Shown here piece after piece: positions 49,445-59,458 of a stretch of 64,000 bases of DNA. Made by a program: the position numbers and the translations under genes. This DNA comes from Acetatifactor sp. Lineage in GTDB: Bacteria; Bacillota; Clostridia; Lachnospirales; Lachnospiraceae. The stretch is from assembly GCA_963626545.1 (NCBI GenBank), contig CAVFYJ010000002.1, positions 18,263 through 82,262 of the forward strand, given 5' to 3'. The stretch's first letter is position 1, and the number at the start of each line of letters is the position of its first letter. Under the pieces are notes generated by a model. It had not been told where the DNA came from and searched no databases. It saw only the letters and a program-made list of their open reading frames with translations.

Positions 49445-50011
49445 ATGGGGGCAATAAAGAAGAAAGAAAAAATGGAAACAAAGAAAACAAATCAAACAAA
49501 TAAAATAGATATCAAAAAGATGGCAGCGCTCGCAATGTTTTCTGTCATTGCGCTTACTATCTTTACGGTAGAGTCCATGATCGGCCCGATTGTTCCAATT
49601 CCAGGAATTAAGTTGGGACTGGCTAATATTGTCACACTTCTTGTACTAGTTTTATATGGTCCGAAGGAAGCCTTGTTTGTGCTGATCGTGCGAATTCTGT
49701 TAGGAAGCATGTTTGGCGGGCAGATGATTTCCTTCTTTTACAGTTTGTCTGGCGGCGTTTTGTGTTGGCTTGTTATGAGTCTGATCAATGTGCTGTTAAA
49801 GAATAAATTTCTGGTGCTGACAAGTATGTGTGGTGCCGCCGCTCATAATATCGGACAAATCTTGGCGGCGATTGTGATTACGCAGTCTATCAGCGTGGTC
49901 GCCTATCTGCCCGTTTTGATGGTCAGTGCAATGATCACAGGCTGTTTTACTGGACTTGCCGCACAGGTGAGTGCAAAGCGCCTACAAAAGATTTTAAGAA
50001 TCTATTTTTAA
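49445..50011 (+). CDS. Gx transporter family / heptaprenyl diphosphate synthase component I-like membrane protein
   Basis: PGIKLGLANIV, GAAAHNIGQ. Confidence 0.85.
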   Translation: MGAIKKKEKMETKKTNQTNKIDIKKMAALAMFSVIALTIFTVESMIGPIVPIPGIKLGLANIVTLLVLVLYGPKEALFVLIVRILLGSMFGGQMISFFYSLSGGVLCWLVMSLINVLLKNKFLVLTSMCGAAAHNIGQILAAIVITQSISVVAYLPVLMVSAMITGCFTGLAAQVSAKRLQKILRIYF

Positions 50012-50129
50012 CATTAGCAGGCAAGAAGTCTCCTACTTCTAAAGTGGCGGGATGAATTGCCTCTTTTTTTTATTGACATTCTGCTTGCTTTATGGTAAAA
50101 TCAAATCAGTCGATAGCATATAAAAGTAG

Positions 50130-50582
50130 GTGATTACAATAGAATTAGATAGAAATATGCATTCAGTATTTTTACTCAATTATCATCTTATATTAGTAAC
50201 AAAATACCGCAGAAAGGTCTTTGACGATGCGATTTCTGCACGAGCAAAAGAGATTTTTGAGTATATTGGTGAAAATTATCACATTACAGTGGTTGAGTGG
50301 AACCATGATGTGGATCACGTTCATATTCTGTTTCGTGCTCATCCGAATACACAGATCAGCCGCTTCTTAAATGCTTATAAGAGTGCAAGCAGTCGATTGC
50401 TGAAAAAAGAATTTCCACAGATACGGGAGAAATTATGGAAAGAAACCTTCTGGAGTCAGAGCTTTTGTCTGCTGACAACAGGAGGAGCCCCTGTCGAAGT
50501 GATTCGGCAGTATATAGAAAGTCAGGGAATGAATGAGAAGAAAGGAAGAAAGAGAAAAAAAGAATTCACAGATGGGGAATAA
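50130..50582 (+). CDS. tnpA: IS200/IS605 Y1 HUH transposase
   Basis: YHLILVTKYRR, DHVHIL (HUH), YIESQ catalytic Tyr. Confidence 0.95.
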   Translation: MITIELDRNMHSVFLLNYHLILVTKYRRKVFDDAISARAKEIFEYIGENYHITVVEWNHDVDHVHILFRAHPNTQISRFLNAYKSASSRLLKKEFPQIREKLWKETFWSQSFCLLTTGGAPVEVIRQYIESQGMNEKKGRKRKKEFTDGE

Positions 50583-51684
50583 AGCTTACCGTTTTCGAAT
50601 CGAACCAAATGCAGAGCAAAAGATCTTGTTTGCGAAAACGTTTGGATGTGTGCGATTTATTTATAATCGTATGCTGGCGGATAAAATAGAACATTATAAG
50701 AATACAAAGAGTATGTTGAATACGACACCGGCGCAATATAAGGATGAGTTTGAGTGGCTAAAGGAAGTCGATAGTCTGGCACTGGCGAATGCGCAGCAAA
50801 ACCTACAGAGAGCATATGGAAACTTTTTTCGAAGTCCAGAGGTGGGATTTCCAAAGTTTAAGTCGAAGAAGGAACATCGAGACAGCTACACAACAAACAA
50901 CCAAAAAGGAACGGTGTCGTTGTGTGGAGGATATCTGAGACTTCCAAAGGTAGGAAAAGTAAAGGTTCGACAGCATAGAGAAGTACCGGAAGAATATCGG
51001 TTAAAATCCGTAACAATCACAAAAACACCATCGGGAAAGTATTATGCAAGTATTCTGTACGAATACGATTTGTTGCAAAAACCAGAGAAAAAGGAAGCAG
51101 AATTTGTAATAGGACTGGACTATTCACTGGAGAGCTTCTATGTGGATAGCAATGGAAAAAGTGAAGGATATCCGAAGTATTACCGGATATGTCAGGAAAA
51201 AATGGCATGGGAGCAAAGAAAGCTGTCCCATATGGAAAAGGGGTCAAAAAACAGAGAAAAGCAACGGATCAAGATTGCCCGACTGCATGAAAAAATATCA
51301 AATCAGAGAAAAGATTTTTTGCATAAGGAATCAAGACAGATAACCAATGACTGGGATTGTGTATGTATAGAAGATCTTAATCTGAAGGAGATGGCAGGAA
51401 AGGAACATCATGGAAAATCCGTATCCGATACCGGTTGGGGAATGTTTACGGCATTTTTGAGCTACAAGCTGCAGGAAGTGGGAAAACGTCTCATTCATGT
51501 GGATCGTTATTATCCGAGTTCTCAGTTGTGCAGTGAGTGTGGGTATCAAAACAAAGAGACAAAGGATGTGTCCGTAAGAAAGTGGATATGTCCAAAGTGT
51601 AAAGCGGAGCATGATCGGGATTGGAATGCAGCAAAAAATATACGAAAAGAAGGAATCCGTCTGATGAAGATGGAACTAGTATAA
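50572..51684 (+). CDS. tnpB: RNA-guided endonuclease TnpB (start likely ATG 50572)
   Basis: KAYRFRIEP; RuvC GLDYS, IEDLN, DRDWNAA; CSEC...CPKC. Confidence 0.93.
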   Translation: MGNKAYRFRIEPNAEQKILFAKTFGCVRFIYNRMLADKIEHYKNTKSMLNTTPAQYKDEFEWLKEVDSLALANAQQNLQRAYGNFFRSPEVGFPKFKSKKEHRDSYTTNNQKGTVSLCGGYLRLPKVGKVKVRQHREVPEEYRLKSVTITKTPSGKYYASILYEYDLLQKPEKKEAEFVIGLDYSLESFYVDSNGKSEGYPKYYRICQEKMAWEQRKLSHMEKGSKNREKQRIKIARLHEKISNQRKDFLHKESRQITNDWDCVCIEDLNLKEMAGKEHHGKSVSDTGWGMFTAFLSYKLQEVGKRLIHVDRYYPSSQLCSECGYQNKETKDVSVRKWICPKCKAEHDRDWNAAKNIRKEGIRLMKMELV

Positions 51685-52164
51685 AGAAAAAGAACCGTGG
51701 GACACACGGGGTTAGCCTGTTGATACTGTCGGAATGATCCGGCTTGAGCAGGAAGCCCCCACCTCAGGCGAAGCATCTTTCAGTGAACGATGCTTCATCT
51801 GGTGGCGGGAGCATGTCACCGAGCGAGTACTGGAGGAGGCGAAAAACATGAAGGCACTGCTATGTAAGCGCTTTTCATTTGCGGCGATCTATCAGAGCAA
51901 TTCGGATGAATTTTTATGGTTCGTGTGGGATTGCTGATTGATCAGAAGAGGCAAGCGGGAAAATAAAACACAGATGACCGCTCAACTCTCAGGAATATTT
52001 TTACGATCAGGCGTATGAGGCTGCACAGAATAAATAAAAATAAATTGCTGGAATTGCTTTTCATTGCCCGCTGCGATATACTTTGTTGTATCGCAGCGGG
52101 TATTTTTAATTTTATTGTTTTATTATTTCTGTTTTATCAAAAACGAAAAACGGAGGGAGAAAAA

Positions 52165-53070
52165 ATGGCAAAATATATTGAACGGTGTGTGGATAGTCTG
52201 ATACGAAATGATCATTATTTTGTCCATTTCGGGCATAAAAATAGTGAGATGCCGTTGTCACTTGTTCAGACCGGATGGCATCAGACAAAAGGGGGATACG
52301 GCTATGGTCCGATGATTCGAGATCATTGGCTGCTCCATTTTATTGCAAAGGGAAATGGAATGATTCGCGTCGAAAACATGGAATATGAAGCGAGTGGTTC
52401 TCAGATCTTTGCGATACGCCCGCACCAGATTACCTATTATCAGGCATCGGCAAGCGCACCGTGGGAATATTTTTATATCGGATTTGAGGGCGATTGGGCA
52501 CCACAGGTCATGAAGGATATTGGATTTATCAATGACGATACGATTGTAATCCAGATTCCCAATCCGGAGGAAGTATTTCAACTGCTAAAAAAAGTAAGGA
52601 GATATGTTAAAACCTATTTGGAGACGGGAGATGGTGTACTTGGAATGTGTGGATGCATTTATGGAATTTTTCAGCTTTTGAGTGAGGGAAGAAACGATAA
52701 GCAGATCATATCAGGACATGAAAATTCCGATTTGCTTCAGCATGAGTATACCAGAACCTTGATTTCGATTATTGAAACATCCTATTCAGAAAAAATAAAC
52801 ATTCAGGAATTGGCAAATCGTCTTCATTTAAACCGTTCGTATATGTCGGAATTATTTTCGCAGGATACTGGAATGTCGATTAAAAGCTATCTAACAGAGA
52901 AGCGCATGCAATGGGCAGCAATTATGCTTCAAGCACCGGAACGTTCCATTAAAAGCATTGCGGCAGCATGTGGATATGAAGATTCGCTGTATTTTTCACG
53001 TGCATTTAGCAAATATTTTGGCGTTTCTCCCCAACAGTATCGAAAACAAGTTTTAAAAGATATAAAATAA
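52165..53070 (+). CDS. AraC family transcriptional regulator (start likely ATG 52165)
   Basis: YGPMIRDHWLLHFI cupin; CGYEDSLYFSRAF HTH. Confidence 0.9.
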   Translation: MAKYIERCVDSLIRNDHYFVHFGHKNSEMPLSLVQTGWHQTKGGYGYGPMIRDHWLLHFIAKGNGMIRVENMEYEASGSQIFAIRPHQITYYQASASAPWEYFYIGFEGDWAPQVMKDIGFINDDTIVIQIPNPEEVFQLLKKVRRYVKTYLETGDGVLGMCGCIYGIFQLLSEGRNDKQIISGHENSDLLQHEYTRTLISIIETSYSEKINIQELANRLHLNRSYMSELFSQDTGMSIKSYLTEKRMQWAAIMLQAPERSIKSIAAACGYEDSLYFSRAFSKYFGVSPQQYRKQVLKDIK

Positions 53071-53197
53071 CACAAAACAACCCAACATTTATCCATATTT
53101 GTTGAACATTATTCTATGGAAACCCTACGAAACTGCATATATAATAGAGTCATCAGAACAACGAAAACAAAATACAACAAGAAAAGGAGAAAATTGT

Positions 53198-54874
53198 ATG
53201 AAGTTAAGAAAAGCGTTAGGCATGGTTCCTGTAGTATCAATGGTTTTAGGAATGGCTGTACCGGCAATGGCAGAGCAGAATACGACAGCAGATGCATTTG
53301 GTTGGACCGTTCCAGAAGACACATTAAAGATCAGTGTATTTCTTGCAAATGATAATTTCAGTGTCGGCGAAGAAGCTGAGCAGGGAATTAAAAATATGCA
53401 GGCATACTTGCTGGAGAACTTCAACATTGATTATGAAGTTCGCACAACAGATGGAAGCGCAGAGGAAGAGTTAAACCTGATGCTTGCCTCTGGTGATTAT
53501 CCAGATGTGATTATTGGTGCTTCCACCACAATGCGCCAGCGCTTTGTTGATCAGGGCCGTGTAGCAGAGTTGACCGATTACTTGAATGAAGAGACCTGCC
53601 CAGATCTGGTAAATCGTCTTGGTGATCTGATTGGTTTGTATGCAAATGAGGACGGCGCATATTATTATCTGCCAACAACATATAGCAATCTGATGGATCT
53701 TCCAGATTATTCCGCTCATCTTCGTCTGGACGAGATGGAAGCAGCTGGAATTGATTACAGCACAATCAAGACACCAGAAGATTTCTACAATGCAGCAATG
53801 AAGCTTTATGAGGCAAATCCAACAGCTGAGGATGGCGAAAAGCGATATTCGCTTGGCTTATATAGTCAGGGAATGCCAGAGTACTTAAGTGGATACTGGG
53901 GACTTGAGCGTGGTTGGCAGATCAATGATGACAATACATTGACCTACTGGATCGAGACTGAGGCCGGAAAGAAGATGGCAAAATATTTCAATGACTGGTG
54001 GCGCACTGGTACAATGGATCCAGATTCTTTCACCGATGAGTGGAACGATCTGAAGACAAAGGTTTCTCAGAAGCGTGAAGTTGCCTTAATCGGTGGCTGG
54101 TGGATCGGATTAAACGGTGGTTCTGAGGTATGGAAGTCAACCGATGAGGATTGGACCTCGGATGAAACCTATGTCTGCATCGGTTTTAAGGATGAGGATG
54201 CAGCGCAGGCAGCAGCAACCGTTAAGAACAATGCCGGAGATAAATGGACTTTTGTTACTGACAAGTGCGAAAATGTGGAAGGCGTTATGCAGTGGTTGAA
54301 CTTCGTAGCAACCGATCTTGGAACTGTTTTGACAAACTGGGGTCTGCCAAATGAAGTAGAATCCTACAAGAATCCGGGAACTTACACAACAGAGTGGACA
54401 CTTGCGGATGACGGTACATGGGAGATTAATCCAGATGCAAAGGAACAGCTGATTTCCGAGACATGGGATTACAATGAGGCTGGTATTTACGGTGGCGATT
54501 CTGGTGTATTTGCAGCAATGGCATATCAGGGACGTTTCGAGGACGGCGAGCATTGTCTGTGGCTGAACCAGATGTGGTATTCTGAGAATCCGTGGAAGAG
54601 CATTATGCTTGAGAATATGAAGGATACCATTGTGGATGGAACCTCTCTTTTGTTTGAGACACTTGTTATGAATGATGAAGTGACCATGGCAAAAACTGCA
54701 ATCGCAGATGCATGGAAGCAGTATTATCCATTAGCTGTTATGTCTTCAACTGATGAAGAATTTGAGCAGAATTGGGAAAATCTTCAGGCAGCTGTTCAGG
54801 CAGCAGGACTGGATGTTTATACCCAGTATCGTACCGAGAACTATCAGGCAAATCTTGAGCTGATGGCAAAATAA
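53198..54874 (+). CDS. Carbohydrate ABC transporter substrate-binding protein (start ATG 53198)
   Basis: Signal peptide; LNLMLASGDYPD; upstream of two permeases. Confidence 0.88.
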   Translation: MKLRKALGMVPVVSMVLGMAVPAMAEQNTTADAFGWTVPEDTLKISVFLANDNFSVGEEAEQGIKNMQAYLLENFNIDYEVRTTDGSAEEELNLMLASGDYPDVIIGASTTMRQRFVDQGRVAELTDYLNEETCPDLVNRLGDLIGLYANEDGAYYYLPTTYSNLMDLPDYSAHLRLDEMEAAGIDYSTIKTPEDFYNAAMKLYEANPTAEDGEKRYSLGLYSQGMPEYLSGYWGLERGWQINDDNTLTYWIETEAGKKMAKYFNDWWRTGTMDPDSFTDEWNDLKTKVSQKREVALIGGWWIGLNGGSEVWKSTDEDWTSDETYVCIGFKDEDAAQAAATVKNNAGDKWTFVTDKCENVEGVMQWLNFVATDLGTVLTNWGLPNEVESYKNPGTYTTEWTLADDGTWEINPDAKEQLISETWDYNEAGIYGGDSGVFAAMAYQGRFEDGEHCLWLNQMWYSENPWKSIMLENMKDTIVDGTSLLFETLVMNDEVTMAKTAIADAWKQYYPLAVMSSTDEEFEQNWENLQAAVQAAGLDVYTQYRTENYQANLELMAK

Positions 54875-55042
54875 ATCTTTTAATGAATCTTTTAATAAAA
54901 GAAGCACAGAAGTACAACAAAAGTATAAAAATACAAATCGTATAGAGAGAAAAAGTTTGTAAGAAAAAATGAACAGGGCCGCCGCATTTAGATATAGAAG
55001 CGGCGGCTCTGCTCGTTTTAAAGAAAGGAAGATGAAACAAAT

Positions 55043-55969
55043 ATGAAGCGTCCTTTGAAAAAACACCCATTGATTCAAAGCTTTCGAAAACAAAAGCAGA
55101 TGTGGCTGATTTGTATCCCGATTATTATATGGGTTGCAGTTTTTTGCTACTATCCGATGTATGGTTTAACAATGGCATTTGTGGACTATGTGCCAGGAAA
55201 AGAAATCTGGCAGTGCAAATTTGTTGGATTTAAATATTTTAAAAATTTCTTGACAAGCACGGATTTTCCAAGATTGTTACGAAATACGCTTGCAATGTCG
55301 GGCTTGAATATCACAATTGGATTTTTGATGCCGATTTTCTTCGCATTTTGTTTAAATGAGGTTGGCGGAACCCGTCTGAAAAAATTTGTGCAGACAGCAA
55401 GCTATTTGCCACACTTTATCAGCTGGGTTGTAGCGGGAACCATGGTAACAACCGTACTTGGAACCGATGGTGTAATCAATGATCTGCTGCTTGCCCTTGG
55501 CGTATCTCAGACGAGAATTCAGTTCTTGCAGAAGGGAGAATGGTATTGGGCAATCATAACAATTGTAAATATCTGGAAGGAGCTTGGCTGGTCGGCGATC
55601 ATTTATCTGAGTGCCATGGCCGGTGTCGATGAGGAACTTTGCGAGGCTGGAGCCGTTGATGGAATGGGTCGTCTTGATATGGCGCTTCACATTACACTTC
55701 CAACAATTATGCCGACAATCATTCTGCTTTGGATTATGCAGGTTGGAAATATTCTTTCCGCAGGTTTTGATCAGCATTTAATCATTGGTAATACAGTAAC
55801 ACAGCGCTACTGGGATGTCATTGATACCTACGCATATCGCTATGGTGTACAAAACGGTTATTATTCGCTCGGTGCAGCGGTATCCATGATCAAATCGGTG
55901 ATTGGATTTGCCCTCGTACTGATTACGAATGCGATTGCGCGTAAGTTCAGCGATGTTGCACTGTTTTAA
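55043..55969 (+). CDS. Carbohydrate ABC transporter permease
   Basis: YLPHFISWV, EAGAVDG EAA loop. Confidence 0.92.
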   Translation: MKRPLKKHPLIQSFRKQKQMWLICIPIIIWVAVFCYYPMYGLTMAFVDYVPGKEIWQCKFVGFKYFKNFLTSTDFPRLLRNTLAMSGLNITIGFLMPIFFAFCLNEVGGTRLKKFVQTASYLPHFISWVVAGTMVTTVLGTDGVINDLLLALGVSQTRIQFLQKGEWYWAIITIVNIWKELGWSAIIYLSAMAGVDEELCEAGAVDGMGRLDMALHITLPTIMPTIILLWIMQVGNILSAGFDQHLIIGNTVTQRYWDVIDTYAYRYGVQNGYYSLGAAVSMIKSVIGFALVLITNAIARKFSDVALF

Positions 55970-55981
55970 AGGAGGACGTAT

Positions 55982-56881
55982 ATGAGAAAGAGAGCATATT
56001 TAAAACAGACAAAAAGCGGAAGAGTATTTGACTGCTTCAATGGCATTTTCCTTGCTGTTATCACGTTTATCACGATTTATCCATTTTGGAATATGCTGGT
56101 GTTGTCTTTCAATGATGGAACCGATGCCATTCTTGGAAAGCTCTATTTTTGGCCGCGTGTGTGGACCACAGCCAACTACGAGTATGTGCTTCGAAATGGA
56201 AAGCTGCTTCATGGTGCCGTAATTTCCGTGCTTCGTGTATTTGTCGGAACCTTAACGGGCGTTATTTGTAATTCTCTGCTTGGCTATATTTGCGCAAATA
56301 AAAGTTTTTATGGACGCAAATTTATGCGAGTATTGTTTTTAATTACAATGTATTTCAGCGGTGGTTTAATTCCAACCTACCTTTTAATGATTCGTTTGGG
56401 CTATATCAATTCCTTTGCGGTTTATATCGTACCAGCGCTATTTTCTTCTTATTACATGCTGCTTGCATCCAGTTATTTTCAGTCCATTCCAGATGCATTG
56501 TTTGAGTCAGCGCGTATTGATGGCGCATCCGAGCTTCGTAATTTCTGGAGCATTGCAGTTCCGCTTGCAAAGCCAATGTTAGCCTGCATCGCGGTTTATA
56601 TTGCGGTCAATCACTGGAACAGCTGGTTTGATGTTTCTCTTTATTCAAAAGATGGAACATGGGACACCCTTCAGATTATTCTGTATTGTTTGTTAAATCA
56701 GGCTTCGGCAAAATCCGAGATGATGAATCAGCAGCAGCTGTACGCATCCATGAGAACAATTCAGCCAGAGACTGTGCGTGCAGCAATTACAGTTGTGGTT
56801 GTCGTACCGATTGTATTTATTTATCCATTCTTCCAGCGCTATTTTGTAGGTGGTATTACATTGGGTGCAGTAAAGGGATGA
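55982..56881 (+). CDS. Carbohydrate ABC transporter permease
   Basis: YFSGGLIPTY, ESARIDGA, YPFFQRYFV..GAVKG. Confidence 0.92.
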   Translation: MRKRAYLKQTKSGRVFDCFNGIFLAVITFITIYPFWNMLVLSFNDGTDAILGKLYFWPRVWTTANYEYVLRNGKLLHGAVISVLRVFVGTLTGVICNSLLGYICANKSFYGRKFMRVLFLITMYFSGGLIPTYLLMIRLGYINSFAVYIVPALFSSYYMLLASSYFQSIPDALFESARIDGASELRNFWSIAVPLAKPMLACIAVYIAVNHWNSWFDVSLYSKDGTWDTLQIILYCLLNQASAKSEMMNQQQLYASMRTIQPETVRAAITVVVVVPIVFIYPFFQRYFVGGITLGAVKG

Positions 56882-57020
56882 TTGAAAGAGATAAGGGGAT
56901 CGAAAGAGAAAAAGAAAAGAAGCGAAACAAAAAAGGAAAATAAAAGAAGAAATAAAAGAAGAGAAATAAGAAGTGAAATAGAAAATGCAGTGCATATTTG
57001 CATGGAAATGAGGATGTTCT

Positions 57021-59255
57021 ATGAAAAAAGTACAGGAAAGCGAAAATATGTCAAGTGTGGTTTCATCACCCGCAATGCAGGCACCACAAAAAAATGAGAT
57101 GCTTGCATATCATGCAGATCCGATTCAGAAAAATCCACCACAGGTACATAGCCGTATCTGGCAGAAGGATGATGGAAGCTATGCAATTTCGTACAATGGA
57201 GTAGATTTGCTGACATTTGAATTTTTGGATGAGACCGTTCCGATTTTGCGTTTCCATTCGGATGGTGATTTTCAGTCAGAGCCGTTTATTCAGCAGTTTC
57301 AGATCTGGTCAAACACGCCGTCTGCGCTGCGTGTGACCATCAGTGCGCCGGTTGAGTGGTGGAACGTTCGCCCAACTCGTGCAGAGAAAGGCCAGTCGAT
57401 TATCGGTCAGTTAGGAAGGCCGCTTCTTTACGGCGTAAATGGTATTTATCTTCCAGACTGGGATTTGCTTGTTAGTCTGCATGGTGTTCCATTTACATGG
57501 GAACAAAGTCGTGTGCAGGAAAAGAATGGCGTGTACACGGCCAGTTTGATCGCACAGATGGACGAATATCCGTGGGTTGTTTTGATTCGTCCACATTATT
57601 TTTCGGAGCATCTTGGCTATCGAAATTATGAGCCTTGGAATCGTCGTCCGAAGAAGGATACGATCTGCGGATGGTGTTCGTGGGAGGCCTATCACAGCGA
57701 CGTGACACTGGAAAATGTGGCAGAGACATCAAAGGCACTCGCGCCATTAAAGCCGTGGGGCATTGAGTTGATGCAGCTCGATGATGGCTATCAGCAGACG
57801 CAGGTGCCAATGCGAAAGGGCGGCGAGGTCGGTGAGAGCTGGCTGACGCCCAATGAGAAGTTTCCGGGAGGTCATCCGGCGATTATAGAGGCAATGAAAT
57901 CGGGTGGTTTTACACCGGGCATCTGGATTAACGCGACCTTAACCAATAAAGAAAATTCAGAATCAATTGGCTGTTGCATAAAAGATAAAAATGGTGAGTT
58001 GATTAAGGGTGACTGGATTCAGTATATTATGGACTGTACGCCTGAGACACTTAAGGTTCATGTAGAAAAGTGTTATCGCCAACTTCGCGAGCAGGGCTAC
58101 CGGTATTTTAAGATTGATTCCATTCGCCATCTGATCTACGATGGACTTGAGGAGGCTGTGCGTCGGGGACTCATGACAACTGAAGAGGCAAGAAAGCGCC
58201 ATAAAGCGTATTTACAGGCAGCGCGTGACGGCATGGGAGAGGATATTTATCTGCTGTCGTGTTGGGGCGTGTTAAGTTCGAGCATTGGTATCTGTGATGC
58301 CATGCGTGTGGCAACCGATGCCAATCCAGGTTGGGGTGCATTCAGTATGCAGATCAGAGAGACCGCTCGCTGGTATTTTGCACATCGTGTTTTGTTTACG
58401 GTGGATCCGGATCATGTTTGTGTTCGCGCAAAGCTTCCATGGGTGCGAATGATGTTGTCGCTCGTGTCTTTAAGCGGAGGTGTCATGATGGTATCCGATC
58501 CGCCGCAGACCTATGATGCAGACCGCATTGGACTGATGAAGCGAACCATGCCGCCGCTTGCAACACATGCCGGTGAATTTGGGCCAATTGACTATAGCAC
58601 ACCGGCTTGCACCTATATTCCAAAGACAAAAACAGAGGAGGAAGCAAGCTATGCGATTGCCCATGAAAAGAAGGGTGAAAATTATCCGATGGGGTCATTG
58701 TGGTCAATCCATATGGAGCAGGGTGGCAGAAATTGGTGCGTAATACAGCGCTGCGGCGTGACACCGCTTGAAACGGCGAATCTTCCACTGGAAAAAGTTT
58801 GCCTGAATCCGTCGAGAACATATTATGCATTTGATTTCTGGAAGCAGCTGGCATGGAAATGCACAGATGGCGTTTTAAATATGCATGAACTTGCGCTTGG
58901 TGATTGTCAGGTTGTGGCACTGACCGATATCACGGATAAGAAGATTGCGCTGCTCGGTTCGGATCGCCATGTAAGCTGCGATGCAGTCAGTGTATTGACA
59001 GAGACAATTACAGATACACCAGATGGAATGGATTATCGCTTGGAATTAAAAGGCTTTGAGGGACTTCATGTAACCTACACGTTGTATGCAGAAAATGCGG
59101 CCGATGTCACAAAAGAAGCGCTTCATGAAGCAATTCACGCGCAGGGCGCACAGATTGCTTCGGTACAGGCAGAGGAAGATCTTTTACAGATTGAAGTTGT
59201 GTTTGAATGTGAGAATGCGACAGTTGAACTGAAATTGAACGAAACTGAAATTTGA
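57021..59255 (+). CDS. Clan GH-D (GH36/GH27-like) glycoside hydrolase
   Basis: GWCSWEAY, QLDDGYQ, KFPGG, YFKID, DPD. Confidence 0.75.
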   Translation: MKKVQESENMSSVVSSPAMQAPQKNEMLAYHADPIQKNPPQVHSRIWQKDDGSYAISYNGVDLLTFEFLDETVPILRFHSDGDFQSEPFIQQFQIWSNTPSALRVTISAPVEWWNVRPTRAEKGQSIIGQLGRPLLYGVNGIYLPDWDLLVSLHGVPFTWEQSRVQEKNGVYTASLIAQMDEYPWVVLIRPHYFSEHLGYRNYEPWNRRPKKDTICGWCSWEAYHSDVTLENVAETSKALAPLKPWGIELMQLDDGYQQTQVPMRKGGEVGESWLTPNEKFPGGHPAIIEAMKSGGFTPGIWINATLTNKENSESIGCCIKDKNGELIKGDWIQYIMDCTPETLKVHVEKCYRQLREQGYRYFKIDSIRHLIYDGLEEAVRRGLMTTEEARKRHKAYLQAARDGMGEDIYLLSCWGVLSSSIGICDAMRVATDANPGWGAFSMQIRETARWYFAHRVLFTVDPDHVCVRAKLPWVRMMLSLVSLSGGVMMVSDPPQTYDADRIGLMKRTMPPLATHAGEFGPIDYSTPACTYIPKTKTEEEASYAIAHEKKGENYPMGSLWSIHMEQGGRNWCVIQRCGVTPLETANLPLEKVCLNPSRTYYAFDFWKQLAWKCTDGVLNMHELALGDCQVVALTDITDKKIALLGSDRHVSCDAVSVLTETITDTPDGMDYRLELKGFEGLHVTYTLYAENAADVTKEALHEAIHAQGAQIASVQAEEDLLQIEVVFECENATVELKLNETEI

Positions 59256-59458
59256 ACTGAAATTTGAATTGAAATTGAAGATGTAAATTATGATTTGCGC
59301 GGGATGCCCATTTTTGAATAAATAGGTGTCCCGTAAATTGTAATCGTAAATTATAATCATAAATTGGAATGTGGATAAAAATAGAGAAGAAATGTCAAGA
59401 AAAAAACCTTTTGAATCCAATACAAAAATGATAGAATCAGTGCAGGAGGGTAAAGAAT

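Larger units (their letters stand above)
50012..51819 (+). mobile_element. IS200/IS605-family element (tnpA+tnpB); left boundary approximate
   Basis: Left subterminal hairpin caagaagtctcctacttct...agtggcgggatgaattg; right end gaagcccccac...gtggcgggagcatgTCAC. Confidence 0.85.

Noticed and set aside
51820..52014. Possible gene remnant right of the IS605 element
   Set aside because: Short frames only; no confidently recognisable protein family
59222..59280. Degenerate TTGAA/CTGAAA tandem repeats, and A-rich repeats at 36530-36610 and 56882-56990
   Set aside because: Low-complexity microsatellite-like; no constant repeat-spacer structure, not CRISPR
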